From: Dehalococcoidia bacterium
GTDB lineage: Bacteria > Chloroflexota > Dehalococcoidia > Plut-88900
Assembly (NCBI GenBank): GCA_965207225.1
Contig: CBDBLV010000005.1
Coordinates: 352,001 to 416,000, forward strand
Direction: 5' to 3'
DNA length: 64,000 nucleotides
In this document: positions 1-8,510 of the stretch, in pieces
Layout: every line of letters starts with the position of its first letter
Numbering within the stretch: the stretch's first letter is position 1
Notes under the pieces: model-generated
What the model saw: the letters and a program-made list of their open reading frames with translations, nothing else
Database searches by the model: none
What the model was told of the DNA's origin: nothing
Program-made: the position numbers and the translations under genes

Positions 1-197
1 ACTGCGTTCGGTCTACGCTTCAGCAGCCGTCGCGTGGCGGCAGCGTCTCTTGCGTCGATTTCGTAGTCGCCGGACTCGACGTCGATGACTACGAACGTGC
101 CCCTTTCCACAGAGCCAATTCGGTCTTGGATCTTCTCCTTGTAGATGGATGCTCCAAGGGCCGTTATCTCCCCGGGGCCGTAGTCTCGATGTGCCAT
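1..197 (-). CDS. small hypothetical protein, runs off the window (not in ORF track)
   Basis: ATG at 197 preceded by GGAGGAGG RBS; translates MAHRDYGPGEITALGASIYKEKIQDRIGSVERGTFVVIDVESGDYEIDARDAAATRRLLKRRPNA; the VVIDVESGDYE motif resembles a common small-protein family. Confidence 0.7.
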   Translation of the reverse strand, partial: MAHRDYGPGEITALGASIYKEKIQDRIGSVERGTFVVIDVESGDYEIDARDAAATRRLLKRRPNA

Positions 198-283
198 AGC
201 GCCCTCCTCCAATTGTTCTTTGGGAAGCGTCCTGACGACTCTAAAGATACGCTTCACAGCGTTCTTCAGTCAATCCAATGCGG

Positions 284-541
284 TCAGTCTCCACGGCCCC
301 CGTCGACTTCTTTTTCAATCCCGTCCGTTGCCGTGCCACCGGCGTGCGGAAGGTCCGAGGTGGTGTCCTCCCCCTGCGCGTCCTGACAATCCTGGGTGGC
401 GTATCTGATCATCAGGGACATGAGACGGCGCAGCCGGTCCTCGGCGTCGGGTCCCGGCTTGGAGAATACCCTTACCCTGCCTATCTCCGAGGCTTCGCTG
501 CGGGGCTTGGCCCGCCTTTTGTGTCCGTTGCTATCCTTCAT
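284..541 (-). CDS. small hypothetical protein at the end of the transfer/HTH operon
   Basis: 85-aa ORF co-oriented with the HTH trio. Confidence 0.5.
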   Translation of the reverse strand: MKDSNGHKRRAKPRSEASEIGRVRVFSKPGPDAEDRLRRLMSLMIRYATQDCQDAQGEDTTSDLPHAGGTATDGIEKEVDGGRGD

Positions 542-722
542 ATCCGTCTATTCACTCGGCCAATTTCAGGGCGCAGGTGTACCCCTGCGCTCACCCCATC
601 GGCTTTTCGGAAGCAGCCGCTGTGCGGTATCTGCCTCTCTATCGGTCCTACTCCCTTCTCGCGTCGGTGCGAGCGTTCTTCAAAGGCTGGAGCCGTCCTG
701 CGCGGGGTCTGCGGCCCCGCGC

Positions 723-1028
723 CTACTCAGCCCGGATTTGGTCCGTCGGCCCGTGAATGGGCGCGTCCGCGACTCTCATGGCGGGCAGCAGATGCCCCAG
801 TCCCAGGTCTTGGGCGAGGTCGTGCAGGGCCAGGAGATAGCGGTAGCTGGGCCTGCTCAATCCCCTTCGCCATCTGTGCAGCGTGGTAGTGGTCGTTCCG
901 AGCCGCCATGCGATCTCGTCCCAACTCATCCCCGACGCCTCTTTGAAGTTCTCCAGCACCTGGGGGAAGCCGTAATCCGGGAGAGCGTTTCGGCGGACGC
1001 TCCTCTGAGGTGTCCGCCCATGCGACAT
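723..1028 (-). CDS. XRE-family HTH protein
   Basis: FPQVLENFKEASGMSWDEIAWRLGTTTTTLHRWRRGLSRP; paralog of 30232..30522. Confidence 0.8.
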   Translation of the reverse strand: MSHGRTPQRSVRRNALPDYGFPQVLENFKEASGMSWDEIAWRLGTTTTTLHRWRRGLSRPSYRYLLALHDLAQDLGLGHLLPAMRVADAPIHGPTDQIRAE

Positions 1029-1035
1029 GGGACCG

Positions 1036-1368
1036 CTAGACCCACCGGATGGAGGCCATGTATCCGTTGCCCATGAGGATGTCGAGGCCGCCCGGAATGA
1101 GCGCCGCGATCCTCACGAGGGCGTAGAACCCGTCGCCGTCGGGCTTGATGGGCTTGCGGCCCTTCTTCTTGGGTCTGCGCCACCTGTGCACGCGCTTCTT
1201 GTCGATGCCGATGGCGTCGGCGAAGGCGTTCCAGGTGAGGTTGCTGGCCTCCTTGAGCATTTCCAGCCGCTCGGGGAAGTCCTCGGGCAGCACGCCGCTC
1301 TGGTAGGGCGCAATGAGTCCCGCGACGTTGATGCCGGTCTCGTCGGGGTTGCCGTTACGGTGTTCCAT
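1036..1368 (-). CDS. XRE-family HTH protein
   Basis: LPEDFPERLEMLKEASNLTWNAFADAIGIDKKRVHRWRR; paralog of 29888..30220. Confidence 0.8.
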   Translation of the reverse strand: MEHRNGNPDETGINVAGLIAPYQSGVLPEDFPERLEMLKEASNLTWNAFADAIGIDKKRVHRWRRPKKKGRKPIKPDGDGFYALVRIAALIPGGLDILMGNGYMASIRWV

Positions 1369-1645
1369 CTTGCTCCTCCTCTTCGTCGAGCCTGAACAGC
1401 TCGCTGAAGTCCTCGATGCCGAGGGCCTTGAGCATCCGCCTGCGGATGCGGCCGGAGGGAGCGCGGCCTGCGGTGACCAGCTTGGACATGTAGCCGGAGC
1501 TGATGCCTATCTCCTGGGCGAGCCAGTTCTGGGAGCGGTTCAGCAGCGCCAACCGCTTCCAGAGGGACCGGGCGTCGAGGCGCACGGTCGAGCCTGCGCC
1601 CCGCCTCCGGCGGCCTCTCGGTCGGTCTGTCCTGTTCGATGTCAT
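1355..1645 (-). CDS. XRE-family HTH protein
   Basis: SQNWLAQEIGISSGYMSKLVTAGRAPS; AGGAGG RBS; paralog of 29652..29891. Confidence 0.85.
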   Translation of the reverse strand: MTSNRTDRPRGRRRRGAGSTVRLDARSLWKRLALLNRSQNWLAQEIGISSGYMSKLVTAGRAPSGRIRRRMLKALGIEDFSELFRLDEEEEQDGTP

Positions 1646-1712
1646 GGTTCGAAGACCTCCTTTCTGGACGGGCCGGGAGCCGCCGCTCCACTCCCGCCCC
1701 GTTCCGGGGGAT

Positions 1713-3338
1713 TCATCGGTTCCGCAGGACGTGGGCGGGTTCCCAGTCGTGGGGAGTCCTCCACGTCCTTCCCAGCGGCCCCAGGGACGCGATTGACTCC
1801 CTGTGGGATACCCACAGGGGCACGCCGACGGCGGTGCGGTTTATCTCGCGCCGGGCCACTCTCAGGAAGTTGGCTGCGGCCAGGTCGTCGTCGAAGACGA
1901 TGAGGACGGCGGGCCGTACTCCGTGGTCGTCGATGGGACCGTGAGATGAGTAGTAGCGCAGATAGGGTGCAAGGCGGGTCGCCATGGTCGAGGGTCGCAC
2001 GGCCCGTCGCTCCCACTCCAGGAAGAATGCCCACGCAGCCGGACCTCTTCCGAGGAGGCCAAAGGCGTCGGGGTTGACGGATCGCCTTCGGCCTTCGTGC
2101 CTGAAGTGGCGCGATGCCCTCTTGGGCGGGTCGATCTGGACGACCTGCCATCCCAGGGTGTTGGCCTGTCTCGCCAGGGATGCAATGAAGGCGTGAACGG
2201 CGTCGGTATGCTGGACGTTCCTGAGCAGTTGACGGGTTCTGCCGCCGGACACGTTGCGCCACTCGCACGGGGCGTCGCCGTCCTGGAGGGCGACGCTCCA
2301 TCGCCTTCTCGCCACGGCGACGGAGGTTCGGTCTCTGCGGGCCAGCAGCGCGATCCCCCGGTCAGTGAGGGCCAGGCGTCCGCTGCTCTTGATGGGCCGG
2401 GTCACGAGGCCGAACCCTTCCAGGGGGTTCACGATCTGGGAGACTCGGCGGGTGGAGACGACCATGAGGCTGGCGAGTTCGGTGCGGGACATCCAGGGCC
2501 AGTCGAAGATGAGGTCGAGAGCCCGCTTCTCAGCGGGCCTGAGCAGTACGGGCAGCGCGGGGGCCGTGTTCGTGTCTGAGTCTTCCGGCATGAGCGCCGC
2601 CGACGGAGGAGCCTCAACGGGTATCTCTCCGCCGGGTTGGAGTTGGTCCAGGGCGTTCCGCAGATCCGTCGCTGGGCCGGAGGCCGAGGGAAGCCACACC
2701 GGGTCTTCGGGCGCGGCGAGAACGGCGTCCTGCTCCAAGGCCAACAGCCCGTTCACCCTGCGGGGCGTCATCCTGCGCGCGTGCCTCAACCGTACCTCGT
2801 CGGTGGCGAGGACGAACACCGTCCCGGGCGATTCTCCCTGTCCCAGCTTCCACAGCCGTCGTGAGAATCCCGTCCTGTCGGATGCGTGTCCCTGTCTTGC
2901 GATCCCCAGGGTCCTGCCGCCGGGGAGGGTCATGGCGGCGTCGAGGGGGCCGGAGCGGTAGAGCCGCAGGCCGATGGGGAAGGCGACGGCAGCCACGGTG
3001 GAGGCCAGGCGGTAGACGACGGCGAGGGCGTCGAGCCTGTCCGTCAGGATGCGCAGCCACTGCGCGGAGACAGGCCGTGAGCGCAGAAGGTCATCGAGGG
3101 AAGAGTCCTCGGCTTTTGCAACTGCCCGCAGCCCTGTGCCGGTGATGCGGTAACGACGGGTGGGCGGGGTCAGGTCGGCGGCGTGGGGAATGGAGGCGAC
3201 AAGTCCCGCGGCCTCCAGCCTTCGGACTGTCTCGTACACCGCGCTCCTGGACATGCCCGACATGGCGGCCAACTCCAGCCGGTCGATGAAGGGCATGTCG
3301 ACAAGCTCTTGAAGCAGTTCAAGGTCGGCGGGCCTCAT
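1713..3338 (-). CDS. Replication-relaxation (Replic_Relax / MOBC-like) relaxase with two wHTH-containing halves
   Basis: C-terminal PDAFG-x13-EWERR motif (D...E-x-E); two MarR-like wHTH segments; ATG at 3338 overlaps the upstream stop (TAATG); directly downstream of the coupling protein. Confidence 0.75.
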   Translation of the reverse strand: MRPADLELLQELVDMPFIDRLELAAMSGMSRSAVYETVRRLEAAGLVASIPHAADLTPPTRRYRITGTGLRAVAKAEDSSLDDLLRSRPVSAQWLRILTDRLDALAVVYRLASTVAAVAFPIGLRLYRSGPLDAAMTLPGGRTLGIARQGHASDRTGFSRRLWKLGQGESPGTVFVLATDEVRLRHARRMTPRRVNGLLALEQDAVLAAPEDPVWLPSASGPATDLRNALDQLQPGGEIPVEAPPSAALMPEDSDTNTAPALPVLLRPAEKRALDLIFDWPWMSRTELASLMVVSTRRVSQIVNPLEGFGLVTRPIKSSGRLALTDRGIALLARRDRTSVAVARRRWSVALQDGDAPCEWRNVSGGRTRQLLRNVQHTDAVHAFIASLARQANTLGWQVVQIDPPKRASRHFRHEGRRRSVNPDAFGLLGRGPAAWAFFLEWERRAVRPSTMATRLAPYLRYYSSHGPIDDHGVRPAVLIVFDDDLAAANFLRVARREINRTAVGVPLWVSHRESIASLGPLGRTWRTPHDWEPAHVLRNR

Positions 3339-5902
3339 TACTTCGCCTCCCCGTCCTTGCGTTTGCGCCCACGGCCGCTGGTGTGCTTCCATCGTTCAGC
3401 GCCGTGGGGAGTCTTTCCCTTGGCCTCAGTCGCGGGAGCTTCGTCTCCTTTCAGCTCTCCCAAGCCTCTGCGATACTCGCTCACCTTCCCATCGCCCTCC
3501 GATTCGCCGTGGGCGATCTGCTGGGCCGATAGGGTGTATTCGGATGTTGCGGCGCGAACGCGGGCGGCGACGGCGGAGTCTCCCTCCTCGGGCTTGCGCA
3601 CCTCCATCGAGAAGGCGGGCATCCGCTCGGTGCCCACGGTGGCACGGACGTAGCAGTTATGGACGGGCAGGGACACGACGTCGTCCTCGGACACCCGGTC
3701 CTTGCCAAGCTCCCACACCAGGGTCCTGGCGTCGGAGCCCGCCACCTGGAAGACGGCCAGGCACCCTACGTTGGCGAGGATGGTGTCCCGCATGGTGCGG
3801 GAGAGGTCGTCCAGCTTGGCCAGGCTCTGGGTCGCCAGCACGAAGGACGCTCCGAACTTCCCAAGCTCGCTGAGCATCGACTCGTAGTCCACGCCGGGCA
3901 TGGACTGCATCTCGTCCACGACGACCAGCGCGCCGCGACGTTCCCTGAGAGACAGGCTTCCCTGCTCCCGTATCACGGCGTCCACCAGGTTCAGGAGCGA
4001 CGCGCCCACCAGGGCGGCCACGTCCCTGCCCACCGTTCCCTGGGAGGTGGAGACCAGCAGCACGCCGCCGTCGTGGATGGTCCTTCTCAGGTCGATGGTG
4101 GAGCGGCGCTGCCCGAGGATGGCCCTCGCCCGCTTGGAGGACGCGTAGTAGGAGAGACGGGTCTGGACGGGGGCCAGGGCCTCCGCCTTGTACTGGCGGC
4201 CCCACTTGCCGAAGTCCCTGGCCCACCACTCCAGCAGGTAGGGGTCGGAGACCCTCTTGCGCACCTGCTTGGCGAACTCATCGTCCGAGAGCAGCTTCAG
4301 GCCGTCGAGGATGGTGTACTGCTGTTCGGCCTCCATCTGCTCGTTGGCCTCGTGGAGGGTCTTGACGGTCTGCTCGAGGATGGACTGCATCCTCGGCCCC
4401 CACTGTTCCCAGAGGCCCCTGGCGACCCGGACCACAGAGTCAGCGGTGCGGTCCCGGTCGGTGAAGACGCGGGTGTCCAGCAGGTTGACGCCGGGGGAGC
4501 GGGAGGCGTCGGACAGGTCGAGAAGGCGCACCCGGTTGACGAGGGACTCTGGGACCTGTTCGAGGATGCCCGCCACCAGGTCGGTGTGGGGGTCGATGAC
4601 GACGATGGCGTCGGAGTCCCTGCCTGCCGCCTTCTCCTTCATCTTGTGGGCGACGATGTGGTGCATGAGCGTTGACTTGCCCATGCGGGTGCGGGCCACG
4701 TAAAGGTGGTGCCGCCTGAGCAGGTCGTCGGGGAAGTGGACGGGCATTGGTTTGCCCGCCGTGGTGTCGCCCACCAGCGCCCCGGCTCTGATGCCTCTCG
4801 CCGATGGGATGAGACCCTTCGCTCCCGACCGCTCCACCAATGGCGTCTCGTCGCCCGCTCCGGGCGGGTGCCACAGGCAGGCTGCCTCTCGGACTCCCAG
4901 CACGCTGCGCCTCCCCAACAGGCCGGCGCCTGAGGGGTGAAGCACGTTGGAGTCAAGAACCACCCGCTTGACCTTCCCCACCTTGAGCCTGGCTCCGGCG
5001 GGGTTGTCGAAGTGGCGGTAGGCGGCGGCCACCGGCTCAAGCAGCTCGGCCGCGCGTTGATGTCCCGTGCCGGAGGGCATGATCGCCGTCACCTGTATCT
5101 CTGCGTCGAAGGCGATGCGGGAGACCTTCTCCTTGATGAGCAGGGGGTCTTCAACCCGGTTCCTCGCCTTCTTGAAGCGGTGCCATGCCCAGCCACCGAT
5201 GCCAAGCCCCAGGGCCGTTCCGATGCCAAGCAGCACCGTCTTCCACGTCTCGCCGCCCTGCACCCACAGGTAGCCCTGGAGGGCGGCCAGTGCCCCGATG
5301 CCGAGGACGGCCATGGTCACCCCGTCCATCTGGAGCGGCTTGGTCTGGTAGGTGTAGGAGGGCTCCCGCTGCTCCTGGCCGGGCCGCTTGTGGGCCTTCT
5401 CCATGTGGTGCTGGGACCAGTCGGGGCCGAGGGAGTTCAGCTTGAGTTGAGCCACCACCCGCTCCCCCTCGTGGAGGGACGACAGCGCGCCCATGAGGGC
5501 GATGAGGGGGTCGGAGCCGGGGTCGAGGAGGTCGTCGTCGCGGAAGGTGCGCAGGGGGACATACTCGGGGCCGTCGGCCCTGAGCGTCATCGACCACGCC
5601 TGCTCGCCGTCTCCCAGGCGCAAGGGATCGTTGTTTGGGTCCACCTTCTGTATGCGGGCCTGGGGATAGTGGGCGGCGATCTGGCCGCGTACCACCCGGT
5701 CGTCGATGCAGCGGGCCATCAGCGTCACGCCGTCCATGTCCCCGGCAAGCTCCAGGGAGAAGGGTTCGGGCACGGCGATGGACTGGAGCAGGTTCTCCAC
5801 GCCCAGCAGGGTGCGCTCCCCCGTCCTCGGCGGCGTCACCGCAAGCAGCGCCGGGGTCTTGTCGGGGCCTCCAAACAGTCTTCGTATCGGGTTCTGTTTC
5901 AT
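3338..5902 (-). CDS. type IV coupling protein (VirD4/TraD/TraG-like ATPase)
   Basis: Two TM helices, Walker A-like ARTRMGKST, VVIDPH, Walker B VVVDEMQ, LATQSLAKL. Confidence 0.85.
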   Translation of the reverse strand: MKQNPIRRLFGGPDKTPALLAVTPPRTGERTLLGVENLLQSIAVPEPFSLELAGDMDGVTLMARCIDDRVVRGQIAAHYPQARIQKVDPNNDPLRLGDGEQAWSMTLRADGPEYVPLRTFRDDDLLDPGSDPLIALMGALSSLHEGERVVAQLKLNSLGPDWSQHHMEKAHKRPGQEQREPSYTYQTKPLQMDGVTMAVLGIGALAALQGYLWVQGGETWKTVLLGIGTALGLGIGGWAWHRFKKARNRVEDPLLIKEKVSRIAFDAEIQVTAIMPSGTGHQRAAELLEPVAAAYRHFDNPAGARLKVGKVKRVVLDSNVLHPSGAGLLGRRSVLGVREAACLWHPPGAGDETPLVERSGAKGLIPSARGIRAGALVGDTTAGKPMPVHFPDDLLRRHHLYVARTRMGKSTLMHHIVAHKMKEKAAGRDSDAIVVIDPHTDLVAGILEQVPESLVNRVRLLDLSDASRSPGVNLLDTRVFTDRDRTADSVVRVARGLWEQWGPRMQSILEQTVKTLHEANEQMEAEQQYTILDGLKLLSDDEFAKQVRKRVSDPYLLEWWARDFGKWGRQYKAEALAPVQTRLSYYASSKRARAILGQRRSTIDLRRTIHDGGVLLVSTSQGTVGRDVAALVGASLLNLVDAVIREQGSLSLRERRGALVVVDEMQSMPGVDYESMLSELGKFGASFVLATQSLAKLDDLSRTMRDTILANVGCLAVFQVAGSDARTLVWELGKDRVSEDDVVSLPVHNCYVRATVGTERMPAFSMEVRKPEEGDSAVAARVRAATSEYTLSAQQIAHGESEGDGKVSEYRRGLGELKGDEAPATEAKGKTPHGAERWKHTSGRGRKRKDGEAK

Positions 5903-5950
5903 TTCTGTTACTCCTCCCTATGTATGGGTCTCTTCTGCGTTTTCGCCGTC

Positions 5951-8173
5951 CTATCGCTGTCCGCCCGGCCTCCACTCGATCACTTCCGTCTCCTCCGGGG
6001 TGGCCTCGATGCGGACGGGGAAGCGGTGTCCCTTCGCCAGCAGGAGGCCATCTCCACGGGGGCATGAGAGCAGCCACCTCTGGAGGTCTTCGGGCAGGTC
6101 GAAGGCGTCACCCACGGTGCCTATGGCCGCCGCGTCCTGCTGCAAGAGCAGCTTGAAGGCGGCGTTCTGGAGAAGCGCCCTCCCCGAATGGCCGGTGATG
6201 GTTCTCGACGAGTCCTCGGACAAAAGGTCCTGGACGTCCTGGGTGATGAACTGAAGCCCCAGCCGGTGTTTCCTGGCGCGTTTCGCCATAGACACCATGA
6301 AGGCCGCGCCCTCGGGGTGCTGCATGATGCTCCATACCTCGTCCACCACCAGCAGCCTCGGCTTGGGGTTCTGGGCGGCCGCCGCCCACACCGTCTCGGT
6401 GCAGACCATCGCCGCTGCGGGACGGAGCTCCGGCTCCAGCAGCCGCAGGTCGAAGACGGTCACCAACGCCTCGTTGCCGAGCAGGTCGTCCCCCTCGTCG
6501 GAGAGGAGGTTGCGCAGGCTGCCGGTGGCGAAGGGCCGAAGTAGGTGCGCTATGTCAGGGGCTTCACCTTCCAGATACTTGTAGAAGTCTCGGAAGCCGG
6601 TGCGCTCCCGGCTGTGGGCGTAGTAGCCCGCCAGGGCGTGGTCGAGGGACGCCCTTCGCTCCGCGCCGAGGCTCTCTCCCACCATCACCTCGATGAGCCG
6701 CCTGAGGCTGCCGATGCGCTGTAACAGCTCCTCGTCGTCTCCCCGGTCGATGACGAAGGGGTTCATGCCCTGGCCCTCAACTCCGGGGGACAGCACACGG
6801 CCTCCGGCGGCGCGAGCCATGTCCGCGTACTCCCCTTCAGGGTCGATGACGTAGGCGGTGACGCCGCGCGTCAATCCCCTGAGCACGCCCAGCTTGGTTG
6901 CGAAAGACTTGCCGCTGCCCGACCGTGCGAGGACTGCCGTGTTGGCGTTGAGATGGGTGCCGTCCCAGGGGTCGTAGACCACGGGGGAGCAGGCCCGCAT
7001 GTCGATGCCGTAGAGGGTGCCGCTTCTTGTGTCCAGGTCCGGCGGCGAGAAGGGGAAGAGCCTCGCAAGGCTGGACGTGTCCAGGGTCCTCCACTCGGCC
7101 ACGGCGTTCAGGGCCAGGGGCAATGTCGATAGCAGCCCCTCCCGCTGCCTGAACGCCAGGTTGTCCAGCTTGCCGAGAGTGGCGGCAAAATGGGCCTTGG
7201 CCCTCTGGGTCATCTCCTTCAGCGACGCCTCGTCCTTCGCGTGGAGGGTCACGGATAAAGAGGAGTGAAATAGGCGCTCCCTGCCCCTCTGCACCTCGTT
7301 CCTGAGCCTGGTCACGTCCTCCAGGGCGATCTCGGCCTCGGGCGACATGGTTCGCCCCCGCTTGAAGGAGAGTGATTGCGCCGACTCGAATCTGACCTTC
7401 TGCCATTCGAGGGTGCGGGCCGCCTGCTCGGCGGGGATCGGCCCCAGATGAATGGACAGGTCCATGGGCGCTCCCGCCGCCATGAGTCCTTGCAGGAACC
7501 CCGGGGCCAGCGATCTCGGCCACTTGCCCAGGTGAAGGGAGCGGATGAGATGCGTGCCAATGCGCATGTCGCGCCGGTTGACCTGCACCTCGATCTCTTC
7601 GTTCTCGTCCACGTCAACAGGCGAGCCACCCAGGGCTGCGGCTACAAGGAACATTCGAAGCTGCCTGCCCCTGAGGGGGTGGACGGAGAGTCCGGCCCTC
7701 GCCAGCAGACCCCGCAGCTCGTCGATGCGGGCGTGCCCGCAGACGGCGTAGAAGCGCCGGTCCAGGATGCCGTCCCGGGCCTCCAGGTCGGTCAGCAGCC
7801 GGTTCAGCGAGTCGGCGGCGGCTCTCGTCTGCGGCGGCAGGTCGTCGGGTTGGGCCGCTTGCAGCTTCTCCCGCAGACCGCCAAGGCGCGGCGGGTGCTG
7901 GCGCATGAGCAGCTGCACCGGGAAGTCGAGGGCGTTGAGCGCCCCGGCGAAGGCCCCCAGCTTCGGCTCGTCGATCTCAAGCCCCATCACCTCGCACACT
8001 CCCACCTTCACCCCGTCCAGCCGCACGGGGCCGTCCTCCTCCAGGTGCGACAGCATGAAGAAGAAGGGCAGACCGGGCGGCGGCTTCGGAACCGGAGCGG
8101 TCCCTTCGGGCGGCGCGGCGTCCGCCGTCCGCTCCGTGTTTCGTCTCTTGATTCGTTCAAGCAGCTCTTTCAA
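5951..8173 (-). CDS. VirB4-like conjugation ATPase
   Basis: NANTAVLARSGSGKS, VIDPEGEY, LLVVDEVW, ARKH..LQFITQDV; likely TTG start at 8173 behind an AAGGAG RBS. Confidence 0.88.
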   Translation of the reverse strand: MKELLERIKRRNTERTADAAPPEGTAPVPKPPPGLPFFFMLSHLEEDGPVRLDGVKVGVCEVMGLEIDEPKLGAFAGALNALDFPVQLLMRQHPPRLGGLREKLQAAQPDDLPPQTRAAADSLNRLLTDLEARDGILDRRFYAVCGHARIDELRGLLARAGLSVHPLRGRQLRMFLVAAALGGSPVDVDENEEIEVQVNRRDMRIGTHLIRSLHLGKWPRSLAPGFLQGLMAAGAPMDLSIHLGPIPAEQAARTLEWQKVRFESAQSLSFKRGRTMSPEAEIALEDVTRLRNEVQRGRERLFHSSLSVTLHAKDEASLKEMTQRAKAHFAATLGKLDNLAFRQREGLLSTLPLALNAVAEWRTLDTSSLARLFPFSPPDLDTRSGTLYGIDMRACSPVVYDPWDGTHLNANTAVLARSGSGKSFATKLGVLRGLTRGVTAYVIDPEGEYADMARAAGGRVLSPGVEGQGMNPFVIDRGDDEELLQRIGSLRRLIEVMVGESLGAERRASLDHALAGYYAHSRERTGFRDFYKYLEGEAPDIAHLLRPFATGSLRNLLSDEGDDLLGNEALVTVFDLRLLEPELRPAAAMVCTETVWAAAAQNPKPRLLVVDEVWSIMQHPEGAAFMVSMAKRARKHRLGLQFITQDVQDLLSEDSSRTITGHSGRALLQNAAFKLLLQQDAAAIGTVGDAFDLPEDLQRWLLSCPRGDGLLLAKGHRFPVRIEATPEETEVIEWRPGGQR

Positions 8174-8192
8174 CTCGGTTGTCTCCTTCGTG

Positions 8193-8510
8193 CTAGGGGG
8201 TGGGGAACGGGCCGATGCCGCTGCGCAGCAGTGCGGCGACGGCCTTGGCCAGCAGCACCAGCACAAGGCCCACGGCTGCCATGACCACGGCGGTCCTGGC
8301 CCTGCCGCCGCCACGCTCCTCCGCGCCCTCGGCCATCAGGACGAAGCCCGCCCAGACGACGGCGAAGACGGCGAGTCCGGCGGCGGCGTAGGCCATTGCG
8401 GTCAGCACCGCGTCGAAGGCGGCCAGCATCGCTTCCTTCTCCGCCGGGGCCGCGCCGACGGTCGCCAGCGCAGCCCAGGCAAGGAGGATTGCCGTCCATG
8501 CCCGTCTCAC
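8193..8510 (-). CDS. pilin-like (TrbC/VirB2-type) small membrane protein
   Basis: Signal-like N-terminus plus two hydrophobic helices flanking a GAEER..RAR loop; GTG start overlaps the upstream stop. Confidence 0.65.
   Translation of the reverse strand: MRRAWTAILLAWAALATVGAAPAEKEAMLAAFDAVLTAMAYAAAGLAVFAVVWAGFVLMAEGAEERGGGRARTAVVMAAVGLVLVLLAKAVAALLRSGIGPFPTP

Noticed and set aside
210-295. Possible decayed integrase start downstream of 284..541 (AYL*SRQD)
   Set aside because: Similarity to YARVSSDRQD is too slight to support
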